Source of the DNA: Gemmatimonadota bacterium
GTDB lineage: Bacteria; Gemmatimonadota; Gemmatimonadetes; Gemmatimonadales; GWC2-71-9
Reading direction: 5' to 3'
Assembly (NCBI GenBank): GCA_039588295.1
Contig: JBDHAB010000002.1
Span: forward strand, 143,663 to 207,662
Length of the DNA: 64,000 nucleotides
Below are positions 1 through 10,201 of this stretch, piece after piece. The position numbers were made by a program, and so were the translations under genes. Positions within the stretch are counted from its first letter, which is position 1. Each line of letters begins with the position of its first letter. The notes beneath the pieces are model-generated. The model saw only the letters and a program-made list of their open reading frames with translations, ran no database searches and had not been told where the DNA came from.

Positions 1-1
1 G

Positions 2-910
2 TGGGGGGTACGGCGGGGACTCTTCTCCAATGAAGCCGGTCAGGGATCGGCGCCCATCGCCCACGCTGCAGCCAAGACCGACGAGCCCGTGTCCGAGGGC
101 GTCGTCGCGCTACTCGAGCCGTTCATCGACACCCTGGTCATCTGTACGATGACCGGACTCGTCATCATCATGACCGGTGTGTGGGACGATCGCCATCCGA
201 CCGAGATCACGTTGACCGGCGGCGATCTCTCCTACGTGTCGTATAACGACGACGGGTTCCGCGAGCCCGTAGATCCCGTACCCGAGGAGATCCGGTTCGT
301 CGACGGTCGCCACGTCGAGACCAGTGCCGACGTCCCGCTGATTGCATGGCACGAGGTGGAGCTCGAGCGCCTCTACGTGGACGCAGACCAGACCGTTCCG
401 TTCACGGGGGTCGTGCGACCTGCAAGTGGGCGGGTCGACGGTATCGCCGTTTCAGCAGACGGACAGAACTACCCCTCGCTGTACGCGGACGCCGTCGAGA
501 GCGGTGCACCGCTCACGATGGTGGGCTTCCAGCGTGGGCTGCCGGGAGAATGGGGCAAATACATCGTCTTGTTGAGCGTGCTGCTCTTCGCCGTCTCCAC
601 GGCGATCTCGTGGAGCTATTACGGGGACCGGTGCGCCAACTACCTGTTCGGCCCGCTGGCGATTCTCCCCTACAAGGTGGTGTTCGTCGGCATGCACTTC
701 TTCGGTGCCATGGTGTCGCTGAACGTGATCTGGCTGATGGGAGACGTGGCGCTCGGTATCGTGATCCTTCCCAACCTGCTCGCGCTCATCCTGTTGTCAG
801 GGAAGGTGAAGGCGCTGACAGACAGCTACTTCCAGCGCAAGCCGTGGGTCGAGAACTATGAGCTCCGGCAGCGCCACAAGGCGGAAGAGGGGCGGCGACC
901 GTCGGGGTAA
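2..910 (+). CDS. Alanine/glycine:cation symporter (AGCS family), 5' truncated by window edge
   Basis: Frame open from base 2: [60 protein letters not shown] family motifs; extra soluble loop insertion. Confidence 0.93.
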   Translation, partial: WGVRRGLFSNEAGQGSAPIAHAAAKTDEPVSEGVVALLEPFIDTLVICTMTGLVIIMTGVWDDRHPTEITLTGGDLSYVSYNDDGFREPVDPVPEEIRFVDGRHVETSADVPLIAWHEVELERLYVDADQTVPFTGVVRPASGRVDGIAVSADGQNYPSLYADAVESGAPLTMVGFQRGLPGEWGKYIVLLSVLLFAVSTAISWSYYGDRCANYLFGPLAILPYKVVFVGMHFFGAMVSLNVIWLMGDVALGIVILPNLLALILLSGKVKALTDSYFQRKPWVENYELRQRHKAEEGRRPSG

Positions 911-1002
911 GCCGGGTGTCGAGGTGATGGGTGCGAGTGACAGGGGTGGGTGATCGGGAATGGGCGTAAGCCATGCGCGCCCCCCTCGAAGTTGCCCGTT
1001 CG

Positions 1003-2457
1003 TCATAGCGAGTAGTTCGGAGCTTCCCTGGTAATCACCACATCGTGCGGGTGTGACTCACGGAGACCCGCCGCCGTGATCTGGATGGTCACGGTATCGG
1101 AGCGAAGCTGGTCGATCGTGGCACACCCACAGTACCCCATGCCGCTCCGGATCCCGCCCGCCACCTGGTAGATCACGTCCCCCACCGGCCCTCGGTACGG
1201 CACCCTCCCTTCAATGCCTTCCGGAACGAGCTTCCGTGCCGAGATCTCGCCCTCCTGGAAGTATCGATCGGCCGACCCATCCTGCATCGCACTCAACGAA
1301 CCCATACCGCGGATCGTCTTGAACCGACGGCCCTCGAGCAGGAAGCTCTCGCCGGGACTCTCGTCGGTTCCTGCCAGCATCGATCCCAGCATGACGCTCG
1401 ACGCGCCTGCTGCGAGCGCCTTGACCGCATCCCCCGAGTACTTGACGCCGCCATCCGCGATGAGCGGCACGCCACCCGCCCCTCGAAGGGCGTCGATGAT
1501 CGCGGTGATCTGCGGTACGCCAACTCCCGTCACCACCCGGGTCGTGCAGATCGAGCCGGGTCCAATGCCCACCTTGACCGCATCCACGCCGCGGTCGACC
1601 AGTGCCCGTGCACCCTCTTCGGTGGCCACGTTGCCACCCACGAGCTGCGCTTCCGGATAGGCCTCCCGCACGACCGCAATCGCCTCGAGCACGCCTAGCG
1701 AGTGCCCATGCGCTGAATCGATGACAATCGCGTCCGCACCCGCATCGAGGAGAGCCCCGGCACGCGCTTTGGAATCACTGCCGACCCCGACGGCCGCGGC
1801 CACGCGCAGGCGGCCGTGCTCGTCCTTGTTCGCGTCCGGAAACTGTCGCCGCTTGATGATGTCCTTGACCGTGATGAGCCCCTGGAGAATGCCACGGTCA
1901 TCCACCACCGGGAGCTTCTCGATGCGGTGCTCGCCCAAAATGCGTTCTGCCTCGTCGAGCGTCGTACCGACGGGCGCGGTTATCAGCCGGTCCTTCGTCA
2001 TCGCCTCGTGCACGGGTCGATCGAGGTTGGGCTCGAATTGGAGGTCTCGATTCGTGATGATCCCAACCAGACGGCCGTGTTCATCCACGATCGGCACACC
2101 CGAGATCTTGAACCGACCCATGAGGCCCGCTGCCTCACGAATCGTGCGGTCAGGTCCGAGGGTGATTGGATTGCGGATCATCCCGCTCTCGGACCGCTTC
2201 ACACGATCCACTTCTCCCGCCTGCCGGTCGATCTGCATGTTCTTGTGAATGACGCCGATGCCACCGAACCGCGCCATCGCGATGGCCATGTTGGCTTCCG
2301 TAACCGTGTCCATGGCCGCGGAGATCAGCGGCACATTCAGCGGGATACTCCGTGTGAATCGGCTGCTGACGCTCACACCGCGGGGGTGCACCGTCGCGTG
2401 ACGCGGCACTAAGAGGACATCGTCGAAGGTCAAACCGAAGTCTGAGCGGAGATTCAT
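1003..2457 (-). CDS. guaB: IMP dehydrogenase with CBS pair
   Basis: [19 protein letters not shown], catalytic [37 protein letters not shown]. Confidence 0.98.
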   Translation of the reverse strand: MNLRSDFGLTFDDVLLVPRHATVHPRGVSVSSRFTRSIPLNVPLISAAMDTVTEANMAIAMARFGGIGVIHKNMQIDRQAGEVDRVKRSESGMIRNPITLGPDRTIREAAGLMGRFKISGVPIVDEHGRLVGIITNRDLQFEPNLDRPVHEAMTKDRLITAPVGTTLDEAERILGEHRIEKLPVVDDRGILQGLITVKDIIKRRQFPDANKDEHGRLRVAAAVGVGSDSKARAGALLDAGADAIVIDSAHGHSLGVLEAIAVVREAYPEAQLVGGNVATEEGARALVDRGVDAVKVGIGPGSICTTRVVTGVGVPQITAIIDALRGAGGVPLIADGGVKYSGDAVKALAAGASSVMLGSMLAGTDESPGESFLLEGRRFKTIRGMGSLSAMQDGSADRYFQEGEISARKLVPEGIEGRVPYRGPVGDVIYQVAGGIRSGMGYCGCATIDQLRSDTVTIQITAAGLRESHPHDVVITREAPNYSL

Positions 2458-2477
2458 CGCAGTGCCTTAGGCTATAT

Positions 2478-2516
2478 GCACAAAGACCCGCCGCGCCTGA
2501 AAGGCGTAGCGGGTCT
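2478..2516 (-). terminator. Intrinsic terminator-like hairpin just upstream of guaB
   Basis: Minus strand AGACCCGC-tacgcctttcaggcgcg-GCGGGTCT followed by TTGTG; stem arms 2484-2491 and 2509-2516. Confidence 0.55.
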
Positions 2517-2574
2517 CGTTTGGGCCCGAACTACCGTTTCCATGAAAGAAGGTAGCCGGCGGCCCTTCCCTCGG

Positions 2575-2967
2575 TCAAGGCGACGGAGGCGTCTCCTCCT
2601 CTTCTTGTGTGGCGGCCGGTGACTCCGGCTCCGACTCGGTGTCGGCGGCGTCCTTCCCACCGGATCCGTTGCCCGCTTCCGGCTGCAGCTCTTCCGCAAC
2701 TACCCGACTGGCGGCAGCCAGTCCGTCCATGAGCTTGCCCGCTGTCTCCATCACCTGTGCCGCCCCTTTGGTGGCGACATCGGTGATACTGACGCTGCCG
2801 AACTTGTCTTCGAGACTCTCGGTGAGCTTCTGTACCGGAGACGGCGCACGGCGGCTTCGATTGTGTTTGGACTCCAAGAACTCGAGATAGTCCAACAGCT
2901 GCCTACCCATTTCATCCGACAGCGCGTCCAGTCTTCCAGTGATCTTCGCGCGTAGGTTCTCGTTCAT
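2575..2967 (-). CDS. Hypothetical protein, DUF2281-like N-terminus, acidic tail
   Basis: ATG 2967 with GGAAG/GAGG upstream; LDALSDEMGRQLLDYLEFLESK. Confidence 0.7.
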   Translation of the reverse strand: MNENLRAKITGRLDALSDEMGRQLLDYLEFLESKHNRSRRAPSPVQKLTESLEDKFGSVSITDVATKGAAQVMETAGKLMDGLAAASRVVAEELQPEAGNGSGGKDAADTESEPESPAATQEEEETPPSP

Positions 2968-2977
2968 CGCTTCCGCC

Positions 2978-4027
2978 TCACGGCTGCCTGACGGCGGCCT
3001 CAACAAGTGTCAGCACCGGATTGCCAAGATAGTGGGAGCGTCCCGTACGGACCCGCCCGACGATCACCAATTCGCTCAGTGCCGGTAGGCGCGAGAGCTG
3101 CTCCACCTGCTCCTCGTTCAGAATCACGTAGACGAATCCTGACTCCGGCAGCGGCCCGCGCGCTAGCATGTATCGGCGTCCCTCCGGGATGTCGCGCCGG
3201 ATCTCGTCGGCATCCTGAATCGCAATGTACTGTACGACCCACTGCACCAACTTGTTTCGAAACTCCTCCGACCGCGCTCGGATTTCGGCCCCGCTCACCC
3301 CCACGAGCACCTCCGGTGTGCCGGATTCCAGATCGCGCTCCCGCACCCATCCTTCCATCTGCACCCGCACCCACTCTCCCGACCGTGCCAGCACACGCAC
3401 TGCGGCGCCGGCGCGAAGGGCACCCGTCGTGTCACCGTCCGGCGTCCGATAGAGCGTCGCGGCCGCCGCTGTCACGGCCCGATCGAGATAGGAACCCCCG
3501 GTCTCGGTCGGCGCTTCCTCTGCCTGGGGGGGCCGGCTCGGGGCGCCGGGTCGGGTACCGGGCGAAGCCCCCACCGGCTCGAGCGATCCTCGAAACATCC
3601 AGCCGCTTCGTTGCACATGCACCCAAGCCGGTCGACGGTCGAGCTCAAAGAGCAGCGCCCCGGAGGCCAGCTGAGCTACGATCCGACCATTGGGCTCAAC
3701 CCGGAGGTTCTCCCCCGCACGAGCGGCGACGGTGAGATCGAAGCCGTCACGCTCCGTCGAATCGAGCGATCGCGCCCACATCCAACCTTCGAGCGTGACA
3801 TGCACCCACCGGCCAAAGACCGAATCGGCCGCGACCTCCGACCCGGCATTGACCGTCGCCAGCCGAGTAGCCCGTCCGGTCGGCTCCCGGCGGAAGTTCT
3901 CGGTGGTGATCACGCGATACCGGTCCTGCGCGACGAGCGGGGTGGGCCCAGCGAACACAACAGCGACCGCAACCAGCACGCAGGCTGGTAGGGCCGCTGG
4001 GACGTGGCTACATTGCCTCATTCTCAT
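2978..4027 (-). CDS. Exported protein with three SH3b-like repeats
   Basis: Signal peptide; repeated WVHVTLEGWMW / WVHVQRSGWMF / WVRVQMEGWVR; Pro-rich linker. Confidence 0.75.
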   Translation of the reverse strand: MRMRQCSHVPAALPACVLVAVAVVFAGPTPLVAQDRYRVITTENFRREPTGRATRLATVNAGSEVAADSVFGRWVHVTLEGWMWARSLDSTERDGFDLTVAARAGENLRVEPNGRIVAQLASGALLFELDRRPAWVHVQRSGWMFRGSLEPVGASPGTRPGAPSRPPQAEEAPTETGGSYLDRAVTAAAATLYRTPDGDTTGALRAGAAVRVLARSGEWVRVQMEGWVRERDLESGTPEVLVGVSGAEIRARSEEFRNKLVQWVVQYIAIQDADEIRRDIPEGRRYMLARGPLPESGFVYVILNEEQVEQLSRLPALSELVIVGRVRTGRSHYLGNPVLTLVEAAVRQP

Positions 4028-4066
4028 TCTCGGTTCTCGAGAGGATTGTAGGAGCGCCTGCGTTTC

Positions 4067-4804
4067 ATGTCAAACTCGCGGTGTCACACTCGAACCGTGG
4101 CTCGTGTGGCCGTCTGCCTCGTGCTGGCTGGATCTCTGCCACCCGCAGCCGACGCGCAGGTCGGACACAGGCCCGACGCGTCTCCGTATCGTGAGATCGC
4201 CGGGAAGTACTCGCTGACCCTGTTCGGAGGCCAGTCCTGGGGTTCCGGAGGCAAGGTCGAGGTCGGTCCCGGTGGCGGCCCCTTGGGGGGTGCGCGTTTC
4301 GACCTGCACCTCGCCGGCCCAGGGGCGATCCAACTCGGCCTCGCACTCGGGAGTTTCGACCGCGTGCTGCTCAACCCCAGTGATACCGTCCCGGAAAACC
4401 GGGTCCTCGGCACGACATCGCAGTCCGTGATTCTCGTCGACGGGGGGCTCAACTTCGTGTTCACCGGTGAGAAGACCTGGCACGGCCTGGCGCCGTACCT
4501 CGGGGCGTCGCTGGGGCTCGCGCTCGGCGGGGACGTTCCGGAGGACACGCTCAGCGGCTTCACCTTCTCGACCAAGTTCATTGTCGGTCCGCAACTCGGC
4601 GTGCGCTGGCATATCACCGATCGTGTGCTGGTCCGGTTCGAGGCTCGTGACGTGATCTGGCGGCTCTCATACCCGGGTGGGTTCTTCGAGCTTCCCGAGG
4701 GAACCTCCGAGGACGTGGAGCCACTGCTCGACCCACGATTCAACAAGCAGACACAGTGGACACATAACCCGATGTTGCTCGCAGCGTTGGGCTGGGTGTT
4801 CTAG
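4067..4804 (+). CDS. Outer-membrane beta-barrel protein
   Basis: Signal peptide (ADA-Q), amphipathic strands (APYLGASLG, VRFEARD), C-terminal Phe. Confidence 0.7.
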   Translation: MSNSRCHTRTVARVAVCLVLAGSLPPAADAQVGHRPDASPYREIAGKYSLTLFGGQSWGSGGKVEVGPGGGPLGGARFDLHLAGPGAIQLGLALGSFDRVLLNPSDTVPENRVLGTTSQSVILVDGGLNFVFTGEKTWHGLAPYLGASLGLALGGDVPEDTLSGFTFSTKFIVGPQLGVRWHITDRVLVRFEARDVIWRLSYPGGFFELPEGTSEDVEPLLDPRFNKQTQWTHNPMLLAALGWVF

Positions 4805-4812
4805 CCGCAGCA

Positions 4813-5508
4813 TTGGAGTTCTTCGCAGGCGGCCTTCGTCGAGGGATCGAGCTCATCCTTGGTGGCGACCCCGATGTGTTCAGCATCACTGCCCTCTCTC
4901 TCAGAGTTGCGACCATCTCCACTATTCTCGCGTGCGGGATCGGCGTTCCCGTCGGCTTCGTCGTGGGAACAACGCGCTTCTGGGGCCGACGCGCAGCGCT
5001 CACGGTGCTCAACACCATGCTGGCCTTCCCCACGGTGGTCGTCGGCGTACTCGTGTGGGGACTGCTGGCCCGACGGGGCCTCTTCGGCGGTGCCGAGTTG
5101 TTGTACACGTGGTGGGCCATCGTGATCGCCGAGGTCCTGCTTGCGGCGCCGATCGCGGCCGCATTGACCGCGGCGGCCGTGCAGGGCATCGACCCACGAG
5201 TACGTCGCACGGCCCTGACGCTCGGCGCGAGTCCGCTGCGCACGCACCTCGCTGTCGCGCGTGCCGCGCGATTCGCACTCCTCACGGCGGTGGTCGTGGC
5301 GTTCGGCCGCGTGCTCGCCGAGGTCGGGGCTGCGATGATCGTCGGCGGCAACATTCGACACTACACCCGCACGCTCACCACCGCGGTCGCACTGGCAACC
5401 TCACAGGGTGACTTCGGCCTGGCGATCGCTCTCGGCCTCGTGCTGCTCGCGCTCGCGCTCACGGTAAACGTGCTGCTACAGCTCTTCCAAGGACGCGGAG
5501 ATGCTTAG
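4813..5508 (+). CDS. tupB: Tungstate/molybdate ABC transporter permease (TupB-like)
   Basis: TTG start; PTVVVG, FGRVLAEVGAAMIVGGNIRHYTRTLTTAVALATSQGDF. Confidence 0.88.
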   Translation: MEFFAGGLRRGIELILGGDPDVFSITALSLRVATISTILACGIGVPVGFVVGTTRFWGRRAALTVLNTMLAFPTVVVGVLVWGLLARRGLFGGAELLYTWWAIVIAEVLLAAPIAAALTAAAVQGIDPRVRRTALTLGASPLRTHLAVARAARFALLTAVVVAFGRVLAEVGAAMIVGGNIRHYTRTLTTAVALATSQGDFGLAIALGLVLLALALTVNVLLQLFQGRGDA

Positions 5509-6496
5509 GGCCGAGTCGCTGGTGCACGCGTACGGCGGCCGTACGGTCCTCTCGATCGAATCACTCTCGCTCGACGGAGGCAGCGCGACTGCCGTCGTCG
5601 GACCGAACGGCTCTGGCAAGAGCACGCTGCTGAGAATCCTGGCGCTCGTCGAGCGGCCCCGTGCTGGCACCATTGCGGTTGACGGACAGCCCATTCGATC
5701 GGCGGCTGATCGTCGACGGGCGCGACGGCGCGTGACCCTGGTCGAGCAGTCACCGTACCTCTTCCCCGGCACCGTGCGGGGCAACGTGCTGTACGCGCTG
5801 TCGCTACACGGGATCACCGGATCGCGGGCGGCAACACGGGCCGATGAGGCGCTCACGCGGCTGCATGTCGATGAGTTCGCCGGTCGGCACGCCCGTGCAC
5901 TCTCCGAGGGCGAGCGGCAGCGTGTTGCCGTCGCTCGGGCCGTGGCGCTCGAGCCAACTGTTCTGCTGCTCGACGAGCCTGCCGGCGCGGCGGATCGCGC
6001 GGCGACCACACAGCTCTATCAGATTCTCGAGGAAGAACGGAACCGCGGGGCCGCCGTGTGTCTCGCTTCGCACAACCTCGAGGATGCGTATCGATGGTCG
6101 AATCGCATCCTTGCCCTGGCAGATGGACGCACCAGTCCCGTCACACCCGAGAATCTGTTTCGCACAGTTCTTCCGGACGGTGTTGGCTCCAAGGTCGCAC
6201 GCGTCGGTCCGCTCGAGGTACATGTCGTCACCGAGCAGTCGGGTGCCGCGACCATTGCCATTCCGGCAGACGAACTCCTGGTAAGCCTCACCCCGTTGCA
6301 CTCCAGCGCTCGGAACGAATTCCCCGGTCAAGTGGTTCGCATCAGCGAGCACGACCCCACGCGAGTGACGCTCACGGTGGATGTGGGTGTGGATCTCGCC
6401 GTCCGGATCACCCGACCTGCATTGAATGATCTCGGTATCGAGCTCGGTACCCGTGTCGTGCTCGCCATCAAGGCCCTGGCGGTGCGAGTCTTCTGA
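5501..6496 (+). CDS. tupC: Tungstate/molybdate ABC ATPase with C-terminal TOBE domain
   Basis: Walker A GPNGSGKST, LSEGERQR, LLLDEP; SSARNEFPG TOBE; overlaps tupB stop. Confidence 0.82.
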   Translation: MLRAESLVHAYGGRTVLSIESLSLDGGSATAVVGPNGSGKSTLLRILALVERPRAGTIAVDGQPIRSAADRRRARRRVTLVEQSPYLFPGTVRGNVLYALSLHGITGSRAATRADEALTRLHVDEFAGRHARALSEGERQRVAVARAVALEPTVLLLDEPAGAADRAATTQLYQILEEERNRGAAVCLASHNLEDAYRWSNRILALADGRTSPVTPENLFRTVLPDGVGSKVARVGPLEVHVVTEQSGAATIAIPADELLVSLTPLHSSARNEFPGQVVRISEHDPTRVTLTVDVGVDLAVRITRPALNDLGIELGTRVVLAIKALAVRVF

Positions 6497-6518
6497 GCCC
6501 TAGGTAGATTGCGACACG

Positions 6519-6953
6519 ATGCCCCTTGTCCGCTTGACACGCGTGGTTCCGTTCAGCGCCGCTCACCGATACTTCCGGCCGGAATGGTCAACGCAACAGA
6601 ACGCCGAAGTCTTCGGGACGTGCTCGAGCGAGCACGGACACGGGCACAGCTATCAGTGCCGCGTGACCGTGATCGGGCCCATGGACCCGGAAACGGGAAT
6701 GGTCATCAATCTCCGCGACCTCGACGAGATCCTGCAAGACGAAGTCAAACAGCGCTTCGATCACCGCTTCATCAACCACGACGTGCCCGAGTTCGCGTTC
6801 GGCGCGCAGATCCCGACCGGTGAGGCGCTTGCGGTGTATATCTGGGAGCAGGTGACCAGACGGCTGCCGGCCGGGGTCCGCCTCGAGTGCGTCCGGGTCC
6901 AGGAAGAACCACACCTGTACGCCGAATACCGTGGAGAGGAGAGCCATCGGTGA
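6519..6953 (+). CDS. 6-pyruvoyl-tetrahydropterin synthase / QueD family (COG0720)
   Basis: FSAAH, CSSEHGHGHSY, GMVIN, DHRFIN, PTGEALA. Confidence 0.9.
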   Translation: MPLVRLTRVVPFSAAHRYFRPEWSTQQNAEVFGTCSSEHGHGHSYQCRVTVIGPMDPETGMVINLRDLDEILQDEVKQRFDHRFINHDVPEFAFGAQIPTGEALAVYIWEQVTRRLPAGVRLECVRVQEEPHLYAEYRGEESHR

Positions 6954-7786
6954 GAAGCGCCGTCACACGTCTTGCGTATGTTCTGCCGCTGGTGTGTCTC
7001 CTGGCCTCCGCAGCCGTGCCCCCAGCCGTTGCCCAAGTCCGTCCGGAACCGCGGCTTATGTTCTCGGTGTTCGGTGGTGTCGCGTATCACGGGAGCTTGT
7101 GGCGTATCGACAAGCAGCCGCTGCTGCTCCCGTTCGGCGTAGTCATGAGGGATACACTCACACTCAGTCGCCGGCTGACAGCTGCTCCGATGGTCGGTCT
7201 GAACGCTACCTACTACAGCTCGGCGAACCTCGGTTTCACCGCCGAGGCCGTGTATCTAGCCCTGCGCACAGACGACAACTGCGTCATGCAGTTCACCAAC
7301 CTCGATTTGCAGAACCGTAACACGCAAGTGTGTAACGACATCACGCAACGGACCCGTACGTCCTCCAACGCCGGGTTCACGCTCGGAGTGGCATATCGCC
7401 TGGCGCCGCGCAGTCCCGTCACTCCGTACGGACGTCTCCAAGCGGGGGCCTCGATCCGAAGTTCGAACGTCATCAACATGGCTGGCCGCTTCAACGAGAC
7501 GGATGCGAACGGCAATCTGCTCACGCAGGAGCGCACGGTGATCCTGGATGAGACGGAGACGAGACTGCACCCACTTCTTATTGCAGCGGTCGGTCTCACC
7601 TTCAGCGTCTCGCCCGGCTACCAGCTCCGGATGGAGGTGCGAGACCATGTGATCGTGTTGCGGCGTCCCACCGGTCCGGCCAACGATCTCGCACGGGCCG
7701 ACGTGGAGAGCTTTCTGGGTCACGCACCCGCCCTCGTGTTCGGCATCGACATCGTCCTCGAGCAGAGGCGGGGCCGACGATACTAA
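6950..7786 (+). CDS. Exported probable beta-barrel protein
   Basis: GTG overlaps previous stop (GTGA); signal peptide AVA-Q; TPYGRLQAG, YQLRMEVRD strands; ends LEQRRGRRY. Confidence 0.65.
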   Translation: MRSAVTRLAYVLPLVCLLASAAVPPAVAQVRPEPRLMFSVFGGVAYHGSLWRIDKQPLLLPFGVVMRDTLTLSRRLTAAPMVGLNATYYSSANLGFTAEAVYLALRTDDNCVMQFTNLDLQNRNTQVCNDITQRTRTSSNAGFTLGVAYRLAPRSPVTPYGRLQAGASIRSSNVINMAGRFNETDANGNLLTQERTVILDETETRLHPLLIAAVGLTFSVSPGYQLRMEVRDHVIVLRRPTGPANDLARADVESFLGHAPALVFGIDIVLEQRRGRRY

Positions 7787-7789
7787 CCC

Positions 7790-8407
7790 GTGCGTAGCGC
7801 CATTCTCGCCGGCGGCAACGCCAGGCGGTTCGCGGGTCGTCTCAAAGGGCTTGAGCGAATCGGTGACGAACGATTGTTGGATCGTGTCGTGCGAGTCGCG
7901 AAGGCCGCGACTCATACGCCACCCCTCCTCATCGCAAACGACCCCGACGCCGCCGCCTGGCGTCCTGATCTGACAGTCGTGAACGATCGAGTTCCCGGCT
8001 GTGGTAGCCTAGGCGGCATCTACACGGCGCTCACAGCGGCACGCGGACCAGTGCTGGTGCTCGCGTGGGACATGCCGTTTCTCAGTGCCGAGCTCCTGAC
8101 AGCTTTGGTGGCGGGCGCAGCTGACTTCGACGCCTATATCCCGGAAAGCAACGGGCCACGCGGTCTGGAGCCACTCTGTGCGGTGTACGCGGAAGCTTGC
8201 ACCGACGCGGTTCGCGCATGCCTCGAGTCACAGCGGTTAGCGGCCAATGCGTTTCACGATGCCATACGACTGGGGATCTTGCCGCTTGCGTCGGTCAGAA
8301 CCTTCGGTGACCCTGCGGTGCAGTTCCTGAACGTCAACCGACCAGAAGATCTCACACATGCACAACAGATCTGGCAGGAACGACAAGCTCTCGATGCCAA
8401 ACGCTGA
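7790..8407 (+). CDS. mobA: Molybdenum cofactor guanylyltransferase
   Basis: AILAGGNARRF..K, GSLGGIYTAL, AWDMPF, EPLCAVY, FLNVNRPEDL. Confidence 0.92.
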   Translation: MRSAILAGGNARRFAGRLKGLERIGDERLLDRVVRVAKAATHTPPLLIANDPDAAAWRPDLTVVNDRVPGCGSLGGIYTALTAARGPVLVLAWDMPFLSAELLTALVAGAADFDAYIPESNGPRGLEPLCAVYAEACTDAVRACLESQRLAANAFHDAIRLGILPLASVRTFGDPAVQFLNVNRPEDLTHAQQIWQERQALDAKR

Positions 8408-9680
8408 GTCACAGACAAGTACTGAGCCCCCGACCGCGCTCGCTCCCGCTGAGGCAGCGACCGCCATCCTCGGTGAGGTTGCCCGGCTCGGCAGCGAGCG
8501 TGTGCCACTGGTGAGTTCGCTGGGGCGGGTACTGTCTCACGACGTCAAGAGCCCGATCGACATACCGCAGTGGGACAACTCGGCGATGGACGGATACGCT
8601 GTGCGTCGCGCGGACATCACGATCACGGGTGACAAGAAGGTCGTGTTGAAAGTGGTGGACTCGATACCGGCAGGCGCGTTTCCCAGCGGACCCATCCACG
8701 CCGGAGAATGCATGCAGATCTTCACCGGCGCACCGGTCCCCAATGGCGCCGATACCGTCGTCCGACAGGAGGACACGACGCGTATCGACGAGCAGCGCGT
8801 GCGCATCAACGACCCGCGGGACGCCGGCCGCAACATCCGCAAACGCGGTGAAGACATTCAAAAGAGTGCGCTCGTGCTCGAGCGAGGGACGGAGATCGGG
8901 CCAGCGCAAATCGGCGTGCTTGCGTCCATCGCCGCCGCCGAGGCTCCCGTCACTCGAATCCCTTTTGTCGCTATCCTGTCCACCGGGGACGAGATTGCAG
9001 ACCTGGACGAGCGCAAGGCGATCCTGAACGGCACCAAGATCGCATCATCCAACTCGTACACCATGGCCGCGATGGCGATAGTAGCCGGTGCGGAGCCGCT
9101 CAGCCTCGGCATTGCCAAAGACAACCCAGATGAGATCCGAGCGCTCCTCACCAGCGCGGGGACTGTCGACCTGCTGGTCACCTCGGGCGGAATGAGCGTC
9201 GGCGAGCACGATCACCTGCGGCAGATCCTCCGGGACGAAGCCACCCAGATGAAGTTCTGGCGCCTCAGGACCCGCCCAGGAGCACCGGTCGGGTTCGGTA
9301 TCCTCAACGGCCGCCCGTGGATCGGTCTTCCCGGCAATCCGGTCAGCACCATGGTCACATTCGAGCTATTCGTCCGTCCGGCGATCCGGAAGCTCAGGGG
9401 ACACCTGAAGCCGTTTCGGCGCACGCGGCTCGTGCGGCTGACGCAGACGATCAAGACCAACGCGCCACTCACACATTTCCTCCGCGTCGTCGTCTCGGAG
9501 GAGAAGGACGGACTCTCGGCCCGACTGACCGGGCCCCAGGGATCCGGCATCCTCAGCTCGATGGCCAAGGCCGACGCACTCATGATCGTGCCGGAAGATC
9601 GGCAGGTGGTGAAGGCCGGGGAGACGCTCCAGGCCATATTGCTCAACGAGACGGAGCATGTGGCAGAAGTGCCGTATTAG
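8394..9680 (+). CDS. moeA: Molybdopterin molybdotransferase (gephyrin-like)
   Basis: DNSAMDGYAV, IFTGAPVPNGADTVVRQE, STGDE, SGGMSVG, GLPGNPVS, QGSG. Confidence 0.95.
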   Translation: MPNAESQTSTEPPTALAPAEAATAILGEVARLGSERVPLVSSLGRVLSHDVKSPIDIPQWDNSAMDGYAVRRADITITGDKKVVLKVVDSIPAGAFPSGPIHAGECMQIFTGAPVPNGADTVVRQEDTTRIDEQRVRINDPRDAGRNIRKRGEDIQKSALVLERGTEIGPAQIGVLASIAAAEAPVTRIPFVAILSTGDEIADLDERKAILNGTKIASSNSYTMAAMAIVAGAEPLSLGIAKDNPDEIRALLTSAGTVDLLVTSGGMSVGEHDHLRQILRDEATQMKFWRLRTRPGAPVGFGILNGRPWIGLPGNPVSTMVTFELFVRPAIRKLRGHLKPFRRTRLVRLTQTIKTNAPLTHFLRVVVSEEKDGLSARLTGPQGSGILSSMAKADALMIVPEDRQVVKAGETLQAILLNETEHVAEVPY

Positions 9681-9718
9681 TGGGAAGAGATACGGAGGAA
9701 GGGAGAAGGGAAGCTACA

Positions 9719-10180
9719 TCATTCCACTGCAACGTACCCGGTGATCACACCGACACCGAGGAGCACCACGACGGCGCCGATCGCCGTGAGCGCGTACACG
9801 TGCCACGTGGGCCCTGGCTCCAACACGGCGCGAGCGGGTTTCTCCGGATCGTAGTACACTCGAACCTTCGACCCAGCAGGGTATCGATCCACTCTCCGAA
9901 CCGCCCCGGCGGAGGAACTCACCGACACCCCGTCACCGAAGAACACCCGGTTCGCAACAAGCGGCTTTCCTCCCACTTCATATCGGTAGGAAACCTCCGC
10001 CTGATACATCGTGCTTCCGTCGGAATCCTCGTCCCGCTGGAGATCCGACACGGCCACCTCACCATCCGTGGAAGGCCACGCTCGGCTCACCTGCGCAAAC
10101 GTCAGTATGCGATAGCCATAGAGCAGAACGCCGAGACCGGTGGCCGCAACCACGGTGCCAAGCAGATTGACGAAGGTCAT
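9719..10180 (-). CDS. DUF3592-like membrane protein
   Basis: TM - WPSTDG...YRYEVGG...VRVYYDPEKPARAVLEPG - TM. Confidence 0.8.
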   Translation of the reverse strand: MTFVNLLGTVVAATGLGVLLYGYRILTFAQVSRAWPSTDGEVAVSDLQRDEDSDGSTMYQAEVSYRYEVGGKPLVANRVFFGDGVSVSSSAGAVRRVDRYPAGSKVRVYYDPEKPARAVLEPGPTWHVYALTAIGAVVVLLGVGVITGYVAVE

Positions 10181-10201
10181 GGAGCTACGATACCCCCTCG
10201 A

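Noticed and set aside
911..1000. G-rich short repeats (GGTGATGGG/GGGTGATCGGG) and the purine tract at 9680-9715 as REP or CRISPR elements
   Set aside because: Too short and irregular; no repeat-spacer periodicity.
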